DNA of 63,963 bases, filler included, from Octopus bimaculoides (lineage: Eukaryota): NCBI RefSeq assembly GCF_001194135.2. It is 6 parts of 6 records of this genome, joined end to end, with 100 filler letters (N's around TTAATTAATTAA, not from the genome) between each part and the next. Parts side by side here need not be neighbours in the genome. Positions count along the whole stretch, not along the records: positions 1 to 21,476 come from NC_068982.1; 5 more parts are not named here. One strand, 5' to 3'. This document shows, piece after piece, positions 1 to 12,139 of this stretch. A program made the position numbers and the translations under genes. The notes below the pieces were generated by a model, which had not been told where the DNA came from, searched no databases, and saw nothing but the letters and a program-made list of their open reading frames with translations. Position 1 is the stretch's first letter, and each line of letters begins with the position of its first letter.

Positions 1-1227
1 GGGCTAGACAGAAAACCACGAACTTCATTGACGGCGTCTCAGTAACCAAAGGGCGAAGTGCTGCCGAATTCCCTCCTAGTGTGAGCTGAATTCTATTGTA
101 ATAAATATTGTTGTGTTGATAGTTTAGAGACTGCGTTCCGTTGTTGTCTTCAAGAAATTTAATGTACGGGAGCGGAGTACACCTAATGGTGTATAACCAC
201 TTCCCTACACTTCTAAGATAATTGCTAATCGGTAGATTTAAGATCCTCATCTGGAAGGCATTAGCAATAATCAAAGAGATAACTTCAGAAAGTTCTCACA
301 AAAATCATTGTTCAAGTCATCAGGGTTTCAAAGTAAAGTTTTATAAATAACGTACAGGGGCAGAGTTCGGCAAACCAGAAAATGCAATATATTATCCTTG
401 CTGTTAAAATTTTCTGGACAAACTGGGATACAGCACATGAGCAGGCATTCACTAAGACAGACTCTTGCGATTGAGAGTTTGCTGATAATCAAACGGTGCT
501 TTGGTTATCGACCATAGCTCCCATATCCATATCACTGCAGCCCCTGAGTGGAACGACTACCGATTATTTTATGAAAGGAATGCGTTTGAGCAGTGATAGA
601 GAGGTTCCGAAATGCAACTTACTAACATCACGATATTCAGAACAATATGATGTCAGTAACCGAAAAGTAGGTCGAGAATTGTCTAAATCAGTCTCTTTCG
701 CATTAATTAGGAATAAAACAAATATTTCAAAAATTAAACCACTCTTGCTTGTTTTGCTCAATTTTTCGAACTTTGAAAAAATTACGGAATCTTAAGTAAG
801 TTCTGAGAAATTTACTGAATCTTGATTAAGTTCTGAACTTGATGCTGAATCGCATCACTCTATAGTACTTATTCAGTGTTTAATTTTTATTTGTGTTGAC
901 ATTCAATTGTTTTTCCTAAGCTATGATGGTCTTTCGGTCACGAGCAGTAATATCACTGGTATTTAAGCGATGTTGTTCCTTCTGTAGTCTATGTCTGTTA
1001 ACACGACCAACCACTCAACCCAGTAGTGATTGACTGCATAAAAAATGTTATAAGTTGTGGGAAAATATTTTGCCATTCTACTGCAACTCTACTTATTCAT
1101 GACTCAGTCCACTGTACATAAGATTTCTTGCATGTCCAGAAAGGGAAAGATAGGTAGCTAGTGGAGCTGGGGAGAGGGGGACACATCCAATACGCATTGG
1201 ATCTTTCAGCACGTATTGTATAATGCT

Positions 1228-1430
1228 GTGCCAAGAGGTAGAATCGTTAGCACGCCGAACAAGATGCTTAGCCGCATTTCGTCCGTCTTTACGGAAAAAT
1301 TCCACCAAGGATGACTTTGCCTTTCATCCTTTTGATGTTGATAAAAATAAGTACATGCTGAGCACTGGAGTCGATATCATCGAGTTCCCCATCCCTCAAA
1401 ATTGCTGGCTTTGTGCCAAAATACGAAAGG
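1228..1430 (+). mobile_element. tRNA-derived SINE, family A, diverged copy with tail type 2
   Basis: It aligns by eye to the other family A copies: GGTAGAATCGTTAGCACGCC head, ACTTTGCCTTTCATCCTTT core and GCTGGCTTTGTGCCAAAAT tail. Confidence 0.85.
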
Positions 1431-1599
1431 ATTATATTATGCCTTATATGCTTCCATTTCTGTAAGAATACCAAATTATTGGAAAGACAAACTGAGAGCG
1501 AGTCATTATATCATTTTTGCTTGCAAGGTTTTGCCTTCTCATCGTTTTCTTTAAATAAATTCTACTACGACAACCGAGCCCCTGGCAAGATGCGGCAAT

Positions 1600-2332
1600 A
1601 TTCTTCATCGGATATGTATGCAGAAAGCTAATTAATATCCAACTGCATTGAACATCTTGAACGAAGCAAGTTGGACAAACGAATTTGTGACATAAAATCA
1701 AGCAACAGGTCACTGAACTTATTGAGGACAACCAATTGGTTTGAAATAAGGCAAACGGTGAGGAAATCTGCCACAGTATTTAGAAGGCGTGATGATCAGT
1801 GAGATTGTTAGAAGCCTGATAACAAGTTGTGAAGATCCCTTCGCCGATTTTCGCCGTGAGACTTTCAATTCTGTTTTTGATTGGACATTTTCAGAGCTGT
1901 AATATTAAGAAGAGCCTCTTTCATCTTAATCCCCAAAATGAGCCGTCTCTGAGAACTGATGGTTCCAGCTTCCTGGTAGAAACTTATTGGCAGGACTCTG
2001 ATGACCGAGAGCTAGAGATCCACAGTGCAACATGTCTCATCGAGCGTGAATCATTCATTTTGAACTCAGTGACAGAGTTACTTGAGTTTTGACATCCCTA
2101 CACTAGTGTTGTTTTTGAATTGATCAAACTGCTTCAAATTCTTGTAATATTGCCTGAAAGCAGTGCGAGCTGTGAATGCAGTTTTCCCAAATTACAGGTG
2201 ACTCAGACTTATCTGCAGAATTCTGTGGTGGACAACAGACAGGGCAATTCAACATAACTGTCACGAGTAGACGATAAGCTGAAAAACCAGGAACTTGAAG
2301 ACATTGTCTTTCGTTTCGTGGCAAAATGCTAA
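1600..2332 (+). pseudogene. hAT transposase relic, C-terminal part with dimerization domain (ZMYM1-like type)
   Basis: Manual translation of 2111-2332 gives VFELIKLLQILVILPESSASCECSFPKLQVTQTYLQ, matching the hAT dimerization motif LxxLPxSSAxCERSFS. Upstream EDPFADFRRETFNSVFDWTFSEL also fits. Stops and frameshifts are present, and the 5' limit is approximate. Confidence 0.7.
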
Positions 2333-2422
2333 ACTATGAGAAATACCATAATGTACATTGTGTGATTGTTGTTCGTTGTACTTGAAGTTGCCATTTTTCG
2401 TGTGTCGTTTTCTTTTCTTTTC

Positions 2423-2642
2423 TTTACAAGGGGCTACACACAGAGGGGACAAACAAGGACAGACAAACGGATTAAGTCAATTATATCGACCCCAGTGCGT
2501 AACTAGTACTTATTTAATCGACTCCGAAAGGATGAAAGGCAAAGTCGACCTCGGTGGAATTTGATCTCAGAACGTAGCGGCAGACGAAATACCGCTAAGC
2601 ATTTTGCCCGGCGTGCTAACGTTTTTGCCAGCTCGCCACCTT
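2423..2642 (-). mobile_element. tRNA-derived SINE, family A, near full length with tail type 1
   Basis: The minus strand reads GGTGGCGAGCTGGCAAAAACGTTAGCACGCC...GAGATCAAATTCCACC GAGGTCGACTTTGCCTTTCATCCTTTCGGAGTCGA, with A-box and B-box-like motifs. Confidence 0.9.
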
Positions 2643-2854
2643 TTCTTTCTTTTCTTTCTTTTGATTTTATCGTTTTCTTTTCTTTCATTTTATATACTTA
2701 TAACGACTTTTCAATTACACTGTGAAGTGACTTCGACTTCGATTTATTATATTAAACATAAGCAACTCATTCCTTATATAAAATTTTGCTCGACCTCATA
2801 ACTTTCTGGTCGAACGTTGTCAGGGTTGTTACAGAACACTGGCGCCGTCAGTTT

Positions 2855-2891
<37 letters not shown>

Positions 2892-3144
2892 GTGCAAGTG
2901 TTATTAATAATGCCGGAGAATAAGTTTATCGTACTTTAAATCTATTGAAAATGATAATGAAGTAGTGCTAAAATATAGAACAATACATTTATCTTTAAAT
3001 ACAGATATGCACATGTTTTTTTAACATACCTGTACATATAGTTATGTACATATTTTGCTCGGAATTATCTGGAAACTTCGTTTTTATAAGTGTTTGCACT
3101 GAAAAGTTTGTTAAAAGAAACTGCATACCTACAATAACCAGTTA

Positions 3145-3199
3145 TAGATAGATAGAGAGAGAGAGAGAGATAGATAGATAGAAAGATAGATAGATAGAT

Positions 3200-3237
<38 letters not shown>
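3145..3237. repeat. (GA)n/(AGAT)n compound microsatellite
   Basis: Directly visible in the sequence. Confidence 0.95.
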
Positions 3238-3499
3238 CCAGGGAGAGATTAGGTAAAAACAACTTCAGCCGAAATTTAGTTTATATATTCTTTATGGTCA
3301 AACTATGGGTTGTGTTGATCGTTTATTCTTTTGGCTTTTGTTATTGCATCGTATCCACTCACAACCAATCGCCTGCACACAGACAAAGTGACGGCGACAG
3401 CATTTTGTGAAAAACCGACAAGGTTCGACCAGAAAAACCAGAAGTAAGGACGAAGTTTTACAAGAGAAATAAACATCTCCTTCTAATTTGGGGACAAGA

Positions 3500-3650
3500 C
3501 CCCCAGTGCTCAAATGGTACTTATTTTATGGACACCGAAAGGATAAAAGATGAAATTAACCTCAGCAGAATTGGAACTCAGAACATAAAGACTGGCGAAA
3601 TGTCACGCCGCATTTCGGTCGAAATGCTAACGATTCTGCTGCCTCACTAA
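3500..3650 (-). mobile_element. SINE family A, degenerate copy
   Basis: CCCCAGTGCTCAAATGGTACTTATTTT...GAACTCAGAAC...CTAACGATTCTGC matches the family A reverse complement. Confidence 0.75.
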
Positions 3651-3959
3651 CTTTCTAAGAAAAATAAATAATATGAGTTTTTATGTCATAAATGAATTCA
3701 AAATTATTTCACAGTTTTATTGCAAAATTGCAACATATAAAAAGCATGAGACATTATAGTGATCCGATCGAAACAGCAGCAATTCTCTTTTTCGGCGTCA
3801 GCTTCTTGATTGTGTGTCCCAAGACTCAATTATGAGAAATGTGAGAAAGGAAAAAATTTTAAATATGTAAACACAAATGAAATAAAACTTTAATTCAAGC
3901 TAAATGTAAATCAGCCACATTAGGTTTGGTTCCCATAACCAAAATGAGATCTACTATCA

Positions 3960-5500
3960 GAAAACCCTTGAACCATTTTTTTTTTACATCAACTGAGAGG
4001 AATTCTTTTAGCAGTGCTAATTAAAGCCAGGTTAATTAGTCACTCTCGTAACATGGAAAACTCAGTTTTATTTTATTTTTTCATTAATTTCAACTTTGAA
4101 AATGACCTTTCATGACTTGCGATTGAAAATGCGATGGTAAGTAGTAATTTGTAACACACACCAAAGGGAAAACCCCTTCGAAACTGATGTAAAAACTCCA
4201 GAGCATCTTTAGGATCAGAGCTCGAAGGAATATTACAAAGTCAATTATTTCGTCATACATTAAATGATTGTTACATCATTATCATGATAATTTGCGAACT
4301 TCGAACATGCCGTTTTTAATCTTTCTATTAAATTACAAATGAATTCAAAATCGATCTCTGCAGTCTTGAAGACGAACACTGATTTTCAGTTCGTTCACGA
4401 CCTCTACCATTATTCATTTCATGCTGTGCCGTCAGTCCACTATCGGATTCCCCAGGTATTATTCTTCTCCGTGAAAATGGTATCCCTCATTTTTCATAAT
4501 ATTCCTTAGCTAAATGTATTACATTGTAGATAATCTTGCCATGTTTTATAAAATGAAAGATTTAAATATGATCTCTCAGATCACAAGAAGCTTCATTGAA
4601 CCCCATTTTCGTATCCTGCAAACATTTAGAGACCGTCTCCATTGAAAAAAAGCTATGGGCGCAGAATTCCTAAGGATCGTAACGAGGGGATTCGAATTCT
4701 TTCTGGCATGTCGCGCCAAACGACTTTGTTTTTAAGGTCATTGCTGAAAGAATTTTTTTGAACTTATCACGTGAACAGTTAGTTCTGATTTGCGGAAATT
4801 GGAGTCTACACGTATGATAAACTCACGATTTACATGTGATAAGAAAATGGGCGCTGGAGTCAACTTTTGGTTGTGGTTCTTTCAATTCACAAACACGACA
4901 TTTTGGTTAACTTCAAGAATTTTTTGTTAAACATCTCTCCTCATTCAGATGAGTTATCATATGCTTGACCACGACCATTACTGACGAAAATTTTGTCTTC
5001 CAATTTGTCCAAAATTTTATTTATCAAGTTGACTGCATCTTTCTCCTTGATTTAAAGAATCCCAGAAACACCTCCTTTACTTCTATTTTTCTATTTTTAT
5101 CAATATGTACGTAGTACACAGCTTCGGAAACCTGATCTTCATGAGTAATACCTGGAGTTGAATCCAGCATTATGCTTAAGTATTTTGCTTCCTTAATTCA
5201 AGAAATCATTCTTTTTTCCTGGCAGTTTCACGAAGAAGACAATTCCGTTTTAACTTCTATTGGAAAGTCGCGATACTTTTTGGTTTCCCTTTCTCGTTCT
5301 GCGGATGTTCTGTCACGGTTACATCATACTTGGCCAAAAGTCTGATCGTTGCTAAAATGTTTCCTGCATATTTCACTCTATTGTCTCCTCTGGCACCGAT
5401 AAACTCAATATTTCTTCTCAATGCCCACGAAATGTCAGATTTTGTTTTGCCTGATATAATACAACTTCGATGATTCGTTCAGTTACAGTTTTCAATTTTT
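3960..5500 (-). pseudogene. hAT transposase relic spanning most of the ORF (ZMYM1-like type)
   Basis: Minus-strand fragments occur in the expected order: NLTFRGH, GNILATIRLLAKYD, AKYLSIMLDSTPGITHEDQVS, GRGQAYDN and YKLLLTIAFSIASHERSFSKLKLMK. There are many stops and frameshifts, and no TIRs were located. Confidence 0.8.
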
Positions 5501-6162
5501 TTTTTCTCTTTTCAGTACACCTTTGCCGATGAAGTTCAGAATCTATTGTAAACTAAGACTGGAGTCAAACTACAAGGTTCAAGTATTCTATCAAATAAGT
5601 TCTATGAGAAGGACTTTTCTCATGGTCGTGTAGTTGTGGATTTTCTGGGATTTTCTGTGTGGGTTTGGGTGTGCGCGCTCCACTTAGTTGGACTTCGTTC
5701 ATTTGGGATATAAATATAATAAATTATTCAATTATTTGTACAGACAACGACATGGACAGTAGATAGGTAGGTAACATGTTAAACATCAAAAAAAGATATG
5801 AGAAATCACAAGCTTAACCAAAAAATATTACTACATTATTCTCTATATATGTCTGTACATACCTTTATGCACGCGTTACGTGAGTCCTCCAGTGCTACTC
5901 AGCCTATGCACAACTCTCTAAAGACGTGTTTACAGCTATCCTTGCTCAATGTGTTATGTACATTTGCCTTGCGTTACGCACACACGAGTTGACCGATTTC
6001 CCAGAACTAATTATATCATAGTAAGTCGACTGTTTTTTGTGTATTTAGTGGACTAGCCAACACGATTTCACGATAACACTCGTCGCTTGAATTTAACAAA
6101 CAAACTACGTGAACTTAAACGAATTCTACAGCGTTCGTAGATTCACTGCTACTTTATATTAT

Positions 6163-6925
6163 TGTAACGACCGTGCGATGCGAGGTGAGGAGAATGGCTC
6201 TTAGCCCTTACAATAAATAGAAATGAATGGAACAAATAAAGTGCCCGAGGGGAAAAGACACAACCGCGTGAGAATGATTAAGAGAATATTTATTGATGTA
6301 ATAACATGTGTGTCTGTGTGTTCGTCATGTATACAGAATAATATACAGGCCGTCGTGAGAACAAAATGTATGTGTGTGTGTGTATAGGCATAGATGTATG
6401 CGCGTGTGTTAAGAACATTTAAGGATAGCAATGAAGAAGAAAAGAGTGAAAGAGTCTACAGCCATCTAAGTGAGAAGCTAATAGACACAAGAAAGATGAA
6501 TAATACCAGTTCGTAGTCATTCATACACGGTAGTTGAAATACCCGTATCAAGAAGTTGCGGCCATGATGCTGAGCCGGTTACAGGTACATGTCGTACGTG
6601 AAGACGTAGTTGTGATGCTGCTGCCTGGATCACTTATATAGGAGTTCATACAGGTTGTATATTCGTTGTTGATCTGTAGTGAGGTAATACATGAACAGTA
6701 AACTGTTGGAATCTGGGTGAGTTGCTTGCCGAGCTGTATACGAGGAGAAATGATGTTGACGACGTTAAGGACATGATAGTGGCGATGAAGCAGCAGGTTG
6801 CCGTAATGCTGTTGGACGAAGTTGGTAAGTCTCAACGTGTGGTGGTGTTTGGCTGGCGTTGTCGCCGGAACTGGCTGTCTTGTGGTCAGTGGCCAGACCT
6901 TAAAAGGTCTGGAACCAAGGACTTC
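6163..6925 (-). mobile_element. Solo-LTR-like element, copy 1, truncated at its promoter end
   Basis: It begins TGTAACGACCGTGCGA on the plus strand and is colinear with 13586-14340 and with the reverse complement of 10330-11064. Confidence 0.65.
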
Positions 6926-7149
6926 TAATGAATTGTTGAATTAAGTGTTTCTTATTCTGTTTGATCCAGTTAAACCTACCTATTAAACTCCACGTTGTGA
7001 GAAGCATTTGTTTTCCAGATATAGATGGGGCTCTCAGAGTGATATATGATACAAAGCTTTTAACCAGGAAGAGAAGTCGCTGTATAAAATCTTTTACATG
7101 TACGGCAACAACTGTATAACACTACCACAGACCGTGACACCGAGAGAGC

Positions 7150-7370
7150 CATTAGTTGGTCGCTCGACCTGCCAAAAATAGCAGCCAAATCCCCACCATT
7201 ACTTCACCCCAAAAGTACAATATACTATGTTAATAACTGAATGGTATTTTGAATAGTGTCATTCTAAACAAACTATGACTGAAAATAGTATCCGTCGATG
7301 GTTACAGATGGAATACTTTTGATCATGGGCCTACTCAGTTAAATCTGACCTAGGGACAAACAACAACCAT
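7150..7370 (+). repeat. Old unclassified interspersed repeat, family D
   Basis: It shares the motifs TCGACCTGC-AGAAATA(A/G)CAG and GG(T)CA-GGCTGGAAT-C-TTTGA-CAT ... AACAACAAC with copies near 12140, 13200, 22600 and 59900. Confidence 0.55.
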
Positions 7371-7419
7371 GCAACGGATGACTATACAATAAAACCATTT
7401 ACAATTTTATTCTACCATT

Positions 7420-8232
7420 GTGGACTATCATTAGAAAGGAAACATTCAGTAATGACGGATCTTGTCACTGTCATTAACACAGCAAAAGTGTTTCATTTGG
7501 TAGGGTTTCAGAAAAGATGTCTTCCTTGTGAGAGGCTTTCTTCCACTGTGCCTCCAAGCACAATGCATTCTCTAGACGTGCTCAAAATGGTGAAGCTTCC
7601 TTTGAGTAACACTTTCCTGAAGTACTGGTTTCATGCCAGTCTTATCTAGAATGATATTCATTGACCTTCTTTCGATAAATGATACCCTAAAGATTCATCA
7701 GTGCCTCTACACTTCAGCTTCTTTTCGCCAGCTACTTTTAGGGTTCATATTTCGCCACTGGTTAGATAAGACTCTTGAGAAAGCGTATCTTCGTGTTAGT
7801 GCTCACATATATATCTTTCTAAATTTTCAAAAGCTTAGAAGTGCATATGCTAGCCTCTGCACTATTTCCTTGTTGCATTCGTTTATATCATATAGTCCAG
7901 CGCCAAGGTATATAAAGGAGAACACTTGTTCGATCCTGACCTTTCCGATAAGAAGGTAACTTAAATTGTAGTTTTGCAGCTTATCAGATAACTTTGGTCT
8001 TTTTGACATTTACCAATATTCCAAATTTAGCAAAGGTCTCTGTAACATTACAGAGAAGAATTTTTTATTTTTTCTCTAGTGGTTAACAGGACTATGTCAT
8101 GTGCATACCACAAGTTTCCGTTGCCACTTATTCGTATTTTAATGTCAGTGTTTTTCAGAATTTCTAGTCTCATGGCCACCTCACTGAATGCAAAGTTAAG
8201 CTCGATACGGAGTAAATTTAAAGATAGCACAA
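7420..8232 (-). pseudogene. RTE-clade non-LTR retrotransposon, RT C-terminal relic
   Basis: Minus-strand fragments GNLWYAHDIVLL (compare NLRYADD), RIEQVFSFIYLG, ECNKEIVQRLAYA and IVLGGTVEESLSQGR occur in RTE order. The 5' part runs into a gap. Confidence 0.75.
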
Positions 8233-10019
8233 ANNNNNNNNNNNNNNNNNNNNNNNNNNNNNNNNNNNNNNNNNNNNNNNNNNNNNNNNNNNNNNNNNNN
8301 NNNNNNNNNNNNNNNNNNNNNNNNNNNNNNNNNNNNNNNNNNNNNNNNNNNNNNNNNNNNNNNNNNNNNNNNNNNNNNNNNNNNNNNNNNNNNNNNNNNN
8401 NNNNNNNNNNNNNNNNNNNNNNNNNNNNNNNNNNNNNNNNNNNNNNNNNNNNNNNNNNNNNNNNNNNNNNNNNNNNNNNNNNNNNNNNNNNNNNNNNNNN
8501 NNNNNNNNNNNNNNNNNNNNNNNNNNNNNNNNNNNNNNNNNNNNNNNNNNNNNNNNNNNNNNNNNNNNNNNNNNNNNNNNNNNNNNNNNNNNNNNNNNNN
8601 NNNNNNNNNNNNNNNNNNNNNNNNNNNNNNNNNNNNNNNNNNNNNNNNNNNNNNNNNNNNNNNNNNNNNNNNNNNNNNNNNNNNNNNNNNNNNNNNNNNN
8701 NNNNNNNNNNNNNNNNNNNNNNNNNNNNNNNNNNNNNNNNNNNNNNNNNNNNNNNNNNNNNNNNNNNNNNNNNNNNNNNNNNNNNNNNNNNNNNNNNNNN
8801 NNNNNNNNNNNNNNNNNNNNNNNNNNNNNNNNNNNNNNNNNNNNNNNNNNNNNNNNNNNNNNNNNNNNNNNNNNNNNNNNNNNNNNNNNNNNNNNNNNNN
8901 NNNNNNNNNNNNNNNNNNNNNNNNNNNNNNNNNNNNNNNNNNNNNNNNNNNNNNNNNNNNNNNNNNNNNNNNNNNNNNNNNNNNNNNNNNNNNNNNNNNN
9001 NNNNNNNNNNNNNNNNNNNNNNNNNNNNNNNNNNNNNNNNNNNNNNNNNNNNNNNNNNNNNNNNNNNNNNNNNNNNNNNNNNNNNNNNNNNNNNNNNNNN
9101 NNNNNNNNNNNNNNNNNNNNNNNNNNNNNNNNNNNNNNNNNNNNNNNNNNNNNNNNNNNNNNNNNCGGTGCCAACTTTAAGGTTGTACCCTGTGAAATTT
9201 AGAGTTTAGCGTCTGACCTATTCATTGTAGGTTTCTAGATAAACAGAAATACCTAATAAAATCAACATGTATCATCTTACTGCTTCTTTTGTCTCTTCAT
9301 TGATTGTATAGTTTTACTTTTTTAATTTGTTATATTAATATATTTGTTTGCATGTGTTTACTTTATNNNNNNNNNNTAAACTACGATAAGAATAACACTG
9401 GTCAACAAAGAATTTGTCCCAAGGAATAGAATACCTGTATCCTATACGTTTTTGCATGCAGAATTAAAAGATAATGTCAAATTATCTGTGTCACCCACAG
9501 TTTCTCTGTACCACGATATCCCTCTCAGATCCTTTTTACGTGAGCTAAATTTCAGTTAAGCTGTTGAAATGTGAAGTTAACGGTTTAAGAAATACTCCTA
9601 ATTTAAATTTTTATGAACAGAATTAACCTAGTGAAATCATAAATCCAGCTGAGTTAATGAGTCCTAAAAATATATGAAATAAAAAATATGTAAAATACTA
9701 ACACAGAAAAATACTAACACACTGAATCACTGGAAAATATGTAATATACTAACACAGAAAAATTAAAACACGCGGGCGAAAAGAATCTCGTGGTGTGAAG
9801 AATTAAGTGTGAAAAAACCAGCATAGACAACAGTGGCACAGGCAACAGTGAACCACAACACAGCGTGTGGTTGTCATGGTAACAAGCTGCTAATGCCACG
9901 CTGTCTGTTGATTGGCTAAAATTACCCAAATTTCCCGACTTTAATGCCAAATAACATCAGATTCCTTAATTTACGAGATAAAGTAATTGATTAATCGTGT
10001 AGCGTACGCCTTAAAGGAT

Positions 10020-10021
<2 letters not shown>

Positions 10022-10090
<69 letters not shown>
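10022..10090. repeat. (CT)n microsatellite
   Basis: Directly visible, abutting the LTR-like element. Confidence 0.95.
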
Positions 10091-10094
<4 letters not shown>

Positions 10095-11064
10095 ATATAT
10101 ACATGAATACGGACGTAGTGGATAACAGCTAGCCTTCGGCCGCACCTTTGGACCCTGTTGTGTCCATTACTCTGATTGGTTGGTATTGGCGCAGTTTGTC
10201 CCTTGTTCTATTGCGCGCCAAGATGCAACCCAACCAATCGCAGCCTTCAGATAAGATCGCGTGAGACAGTCTTTTCTGAACTCCAGTTTGAGCCGACAGA
10301 ATGTTATAAAAGCCAGCTTTTCACCGTCACAGTTGTCATTTCGGTTCTAGACCTTCTGAGGTCTAGCCACTGACCACAGAGCACACAGCCAGTTCCAGCG
10401 ACGACACGACAGCAGCTTCATGGAGACTCGTCAACAATTCGTTCAGCAGCTTACGGACCTCCAGCTTCTAAGCGTCAGCACCAACTTCTTGCTACGTACA
10501 CAGCAACCAATAGCACTCGCACAGGTTCTGTCTCCACACTGTTTGTGAATTACTTCACCATGGTTAACAGCAAATACAACCTGCGAGAACTCCTGTACCA
10601 AATAACCGGCAGCAGCATTGAAGCCACAACTTCTTACACATGTGCCTCTCCCTGGCTCTGCTACGCTGCCTCAACTTCTTGTTACAGCACCTCAACCACT
10701 GTGTACCTTAACTACGAACTGGTATTTACCATCCTTGTGTCTGGACTTTCTTCTAACATCCTTCTAGACCCTTTTCTATGCTCTGTATTTCTCGCACACA
10801 TATACATCTATGTTTGCACACACACACATTTTGTTTACATGACGGCTTGTCTATTATTATGTTTATATGTCGCACTCAAACACACAGACACACAAGTTGA
10901 CATATCAATAAAATCTTCTCCTAAACCTTCTACCGGTTGTGTCTCTCTTTTCCTTCTGGCACTTATACTCATTTATCCTCTTTTCATATTTTTATGTGTA
11001 TCGACCATGCGATGTACTAAAGGAGCCATTCCTTGTAACCTCTCCTGGTCGCACGGTCCTTAAA
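10091..11064 (+). mobile_element. Solo-LTR-like element, copy 2, about 970 bp
   Basis: It starts TGTTA and ends CCTTAAA (CCTTACA in copy 3). It carries CCAAT-type boxes near 10174 and 10233, TATAAAA at 10305-10311 and AATAAA near 10907, with no coding domain. Confidence 0.65.
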
Positions 11065-12139
11065 ATTGTAATTAAATTCAGAGTTGCATCGATACACCAA
11101 AATTGAAAGCAATCTGAGCAAGATTAAGGGGGCTCATTTTGCGAATGAGAAAGACTAAATCCTATTGATGTAAAGCTACTGCTGCGTCTGTTGCTACCAT
11201 GCGAACGAACGCGTCAATTGATAGAATGAGGAAATGATGGCGAAGTCTGCTAATGACGCCTTTTAAGGAGAGTAGATGTTATTAAACTAAATCTATTTAC
11301 CGAAGTTCGTATCGATGGCATCCCACGAATCTATCATAGATAGTTGCTATATGGGCTTGGTTCAGTGGAGATATAACCTAGTCTCCTTAAAAGACAGTTT
11401 CATGAAACTCAAACTCCATTCGGGATTATCGTTAACATTGATAAGAAGGTAGTGTTGCTATATACCAATATATACCCACGACCATACAAGATAATTCTAC
11501 TGAGTGGCAAATATTCAACCACCAACAGGCTTAAACCAATAGTTCACATACTCGTTGTTTCGTCTCGATGCTTGTTCTATTACTAATTCAATGGCCTCTG
11601 TTTTCCTTCTCGTCACCTTTATTGGTGCTTCGCCTGCCAATCGGCAGCACATAAGCCCCCACCCAATTCAAATGGATGATCACCTTTTGTTAGATATTTT
11701 TGATTATCGAGAGATCAAGCAATAGTTATATTTAACTGTACTAGTTTAATGCTCAATGTTGAAACGTTGAGACAAAGTTTATAATGAAAAAAATTCTTTA
11801 TCCTTAAAAAATAATTAGATTTATGGAAATTAATAGGTCGAGGCCTAATATTTCGAATGTCAAAAAAAATGTGAATAAAATCAGGTTTAGAAACTGACGT
11901 CACACAAACCTCCAAAGAGCAAAAAAAAAAAAAGAAAAGAAAAAAGAAAGTGTTGGTGTGCAGGCAACAAACAGTATGAAGCTGAGGTTATGAAACAAAT
12001 GCTAAACCGGTTATTACGAAAGATTTAAAGGCATGAACAGCTGAAAAATCGATTTGGACAAAATAGAAAATTTGCCGCTAAAACAATGGGAAAATCAACT
12101 GTTTCTTTATCACTAACAAATAAGATAACGGACGAAAGA

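Noticed and set aside
400-480. WTNWDTAHEQAFTK, resembling the Gypsy RT connection motif, with an LTR-like end (AATAAA...CCCTACA) at 1-209
   Set aside because: It is a single short motif with no supporting upstream or downstream pol motifs in any frame I checked.
1995-2030. Other CTGATGA occurrences (near 1998, 7695, 62125 and 63537)
   Set aside because: None has a downstream stem II plus GAAA, so they are chance 7-mers.
2825-2850. TTACA followed by TGGCGCCG, a possible LTR end plus primer-binding site
   Set aside because: There is no second LTR or internal region, and it is followed immediately by (CA)n.
8079-9209. Long ORFs in the track (for example 376, 398, 326 and 307 aa)
   Set aside because: They are read-throughs of N gaps and microsatellites and carry no coding evidence.
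10545-11063. 172-aa ORF and similar ORFs near 6.5-6.9 kb and 13.8-14.6 kb
   Set aside because: They lie in the LTR-like family, the reading frames are not conserved among the three copies, and no domain is recognisable.
11560-11700. Minus-strand FELGGAYV..GRRS, faintly like Merlin/IS1595 transposases
   Set aside because: It is too short and degenerate, with no further catalytic motifs found.
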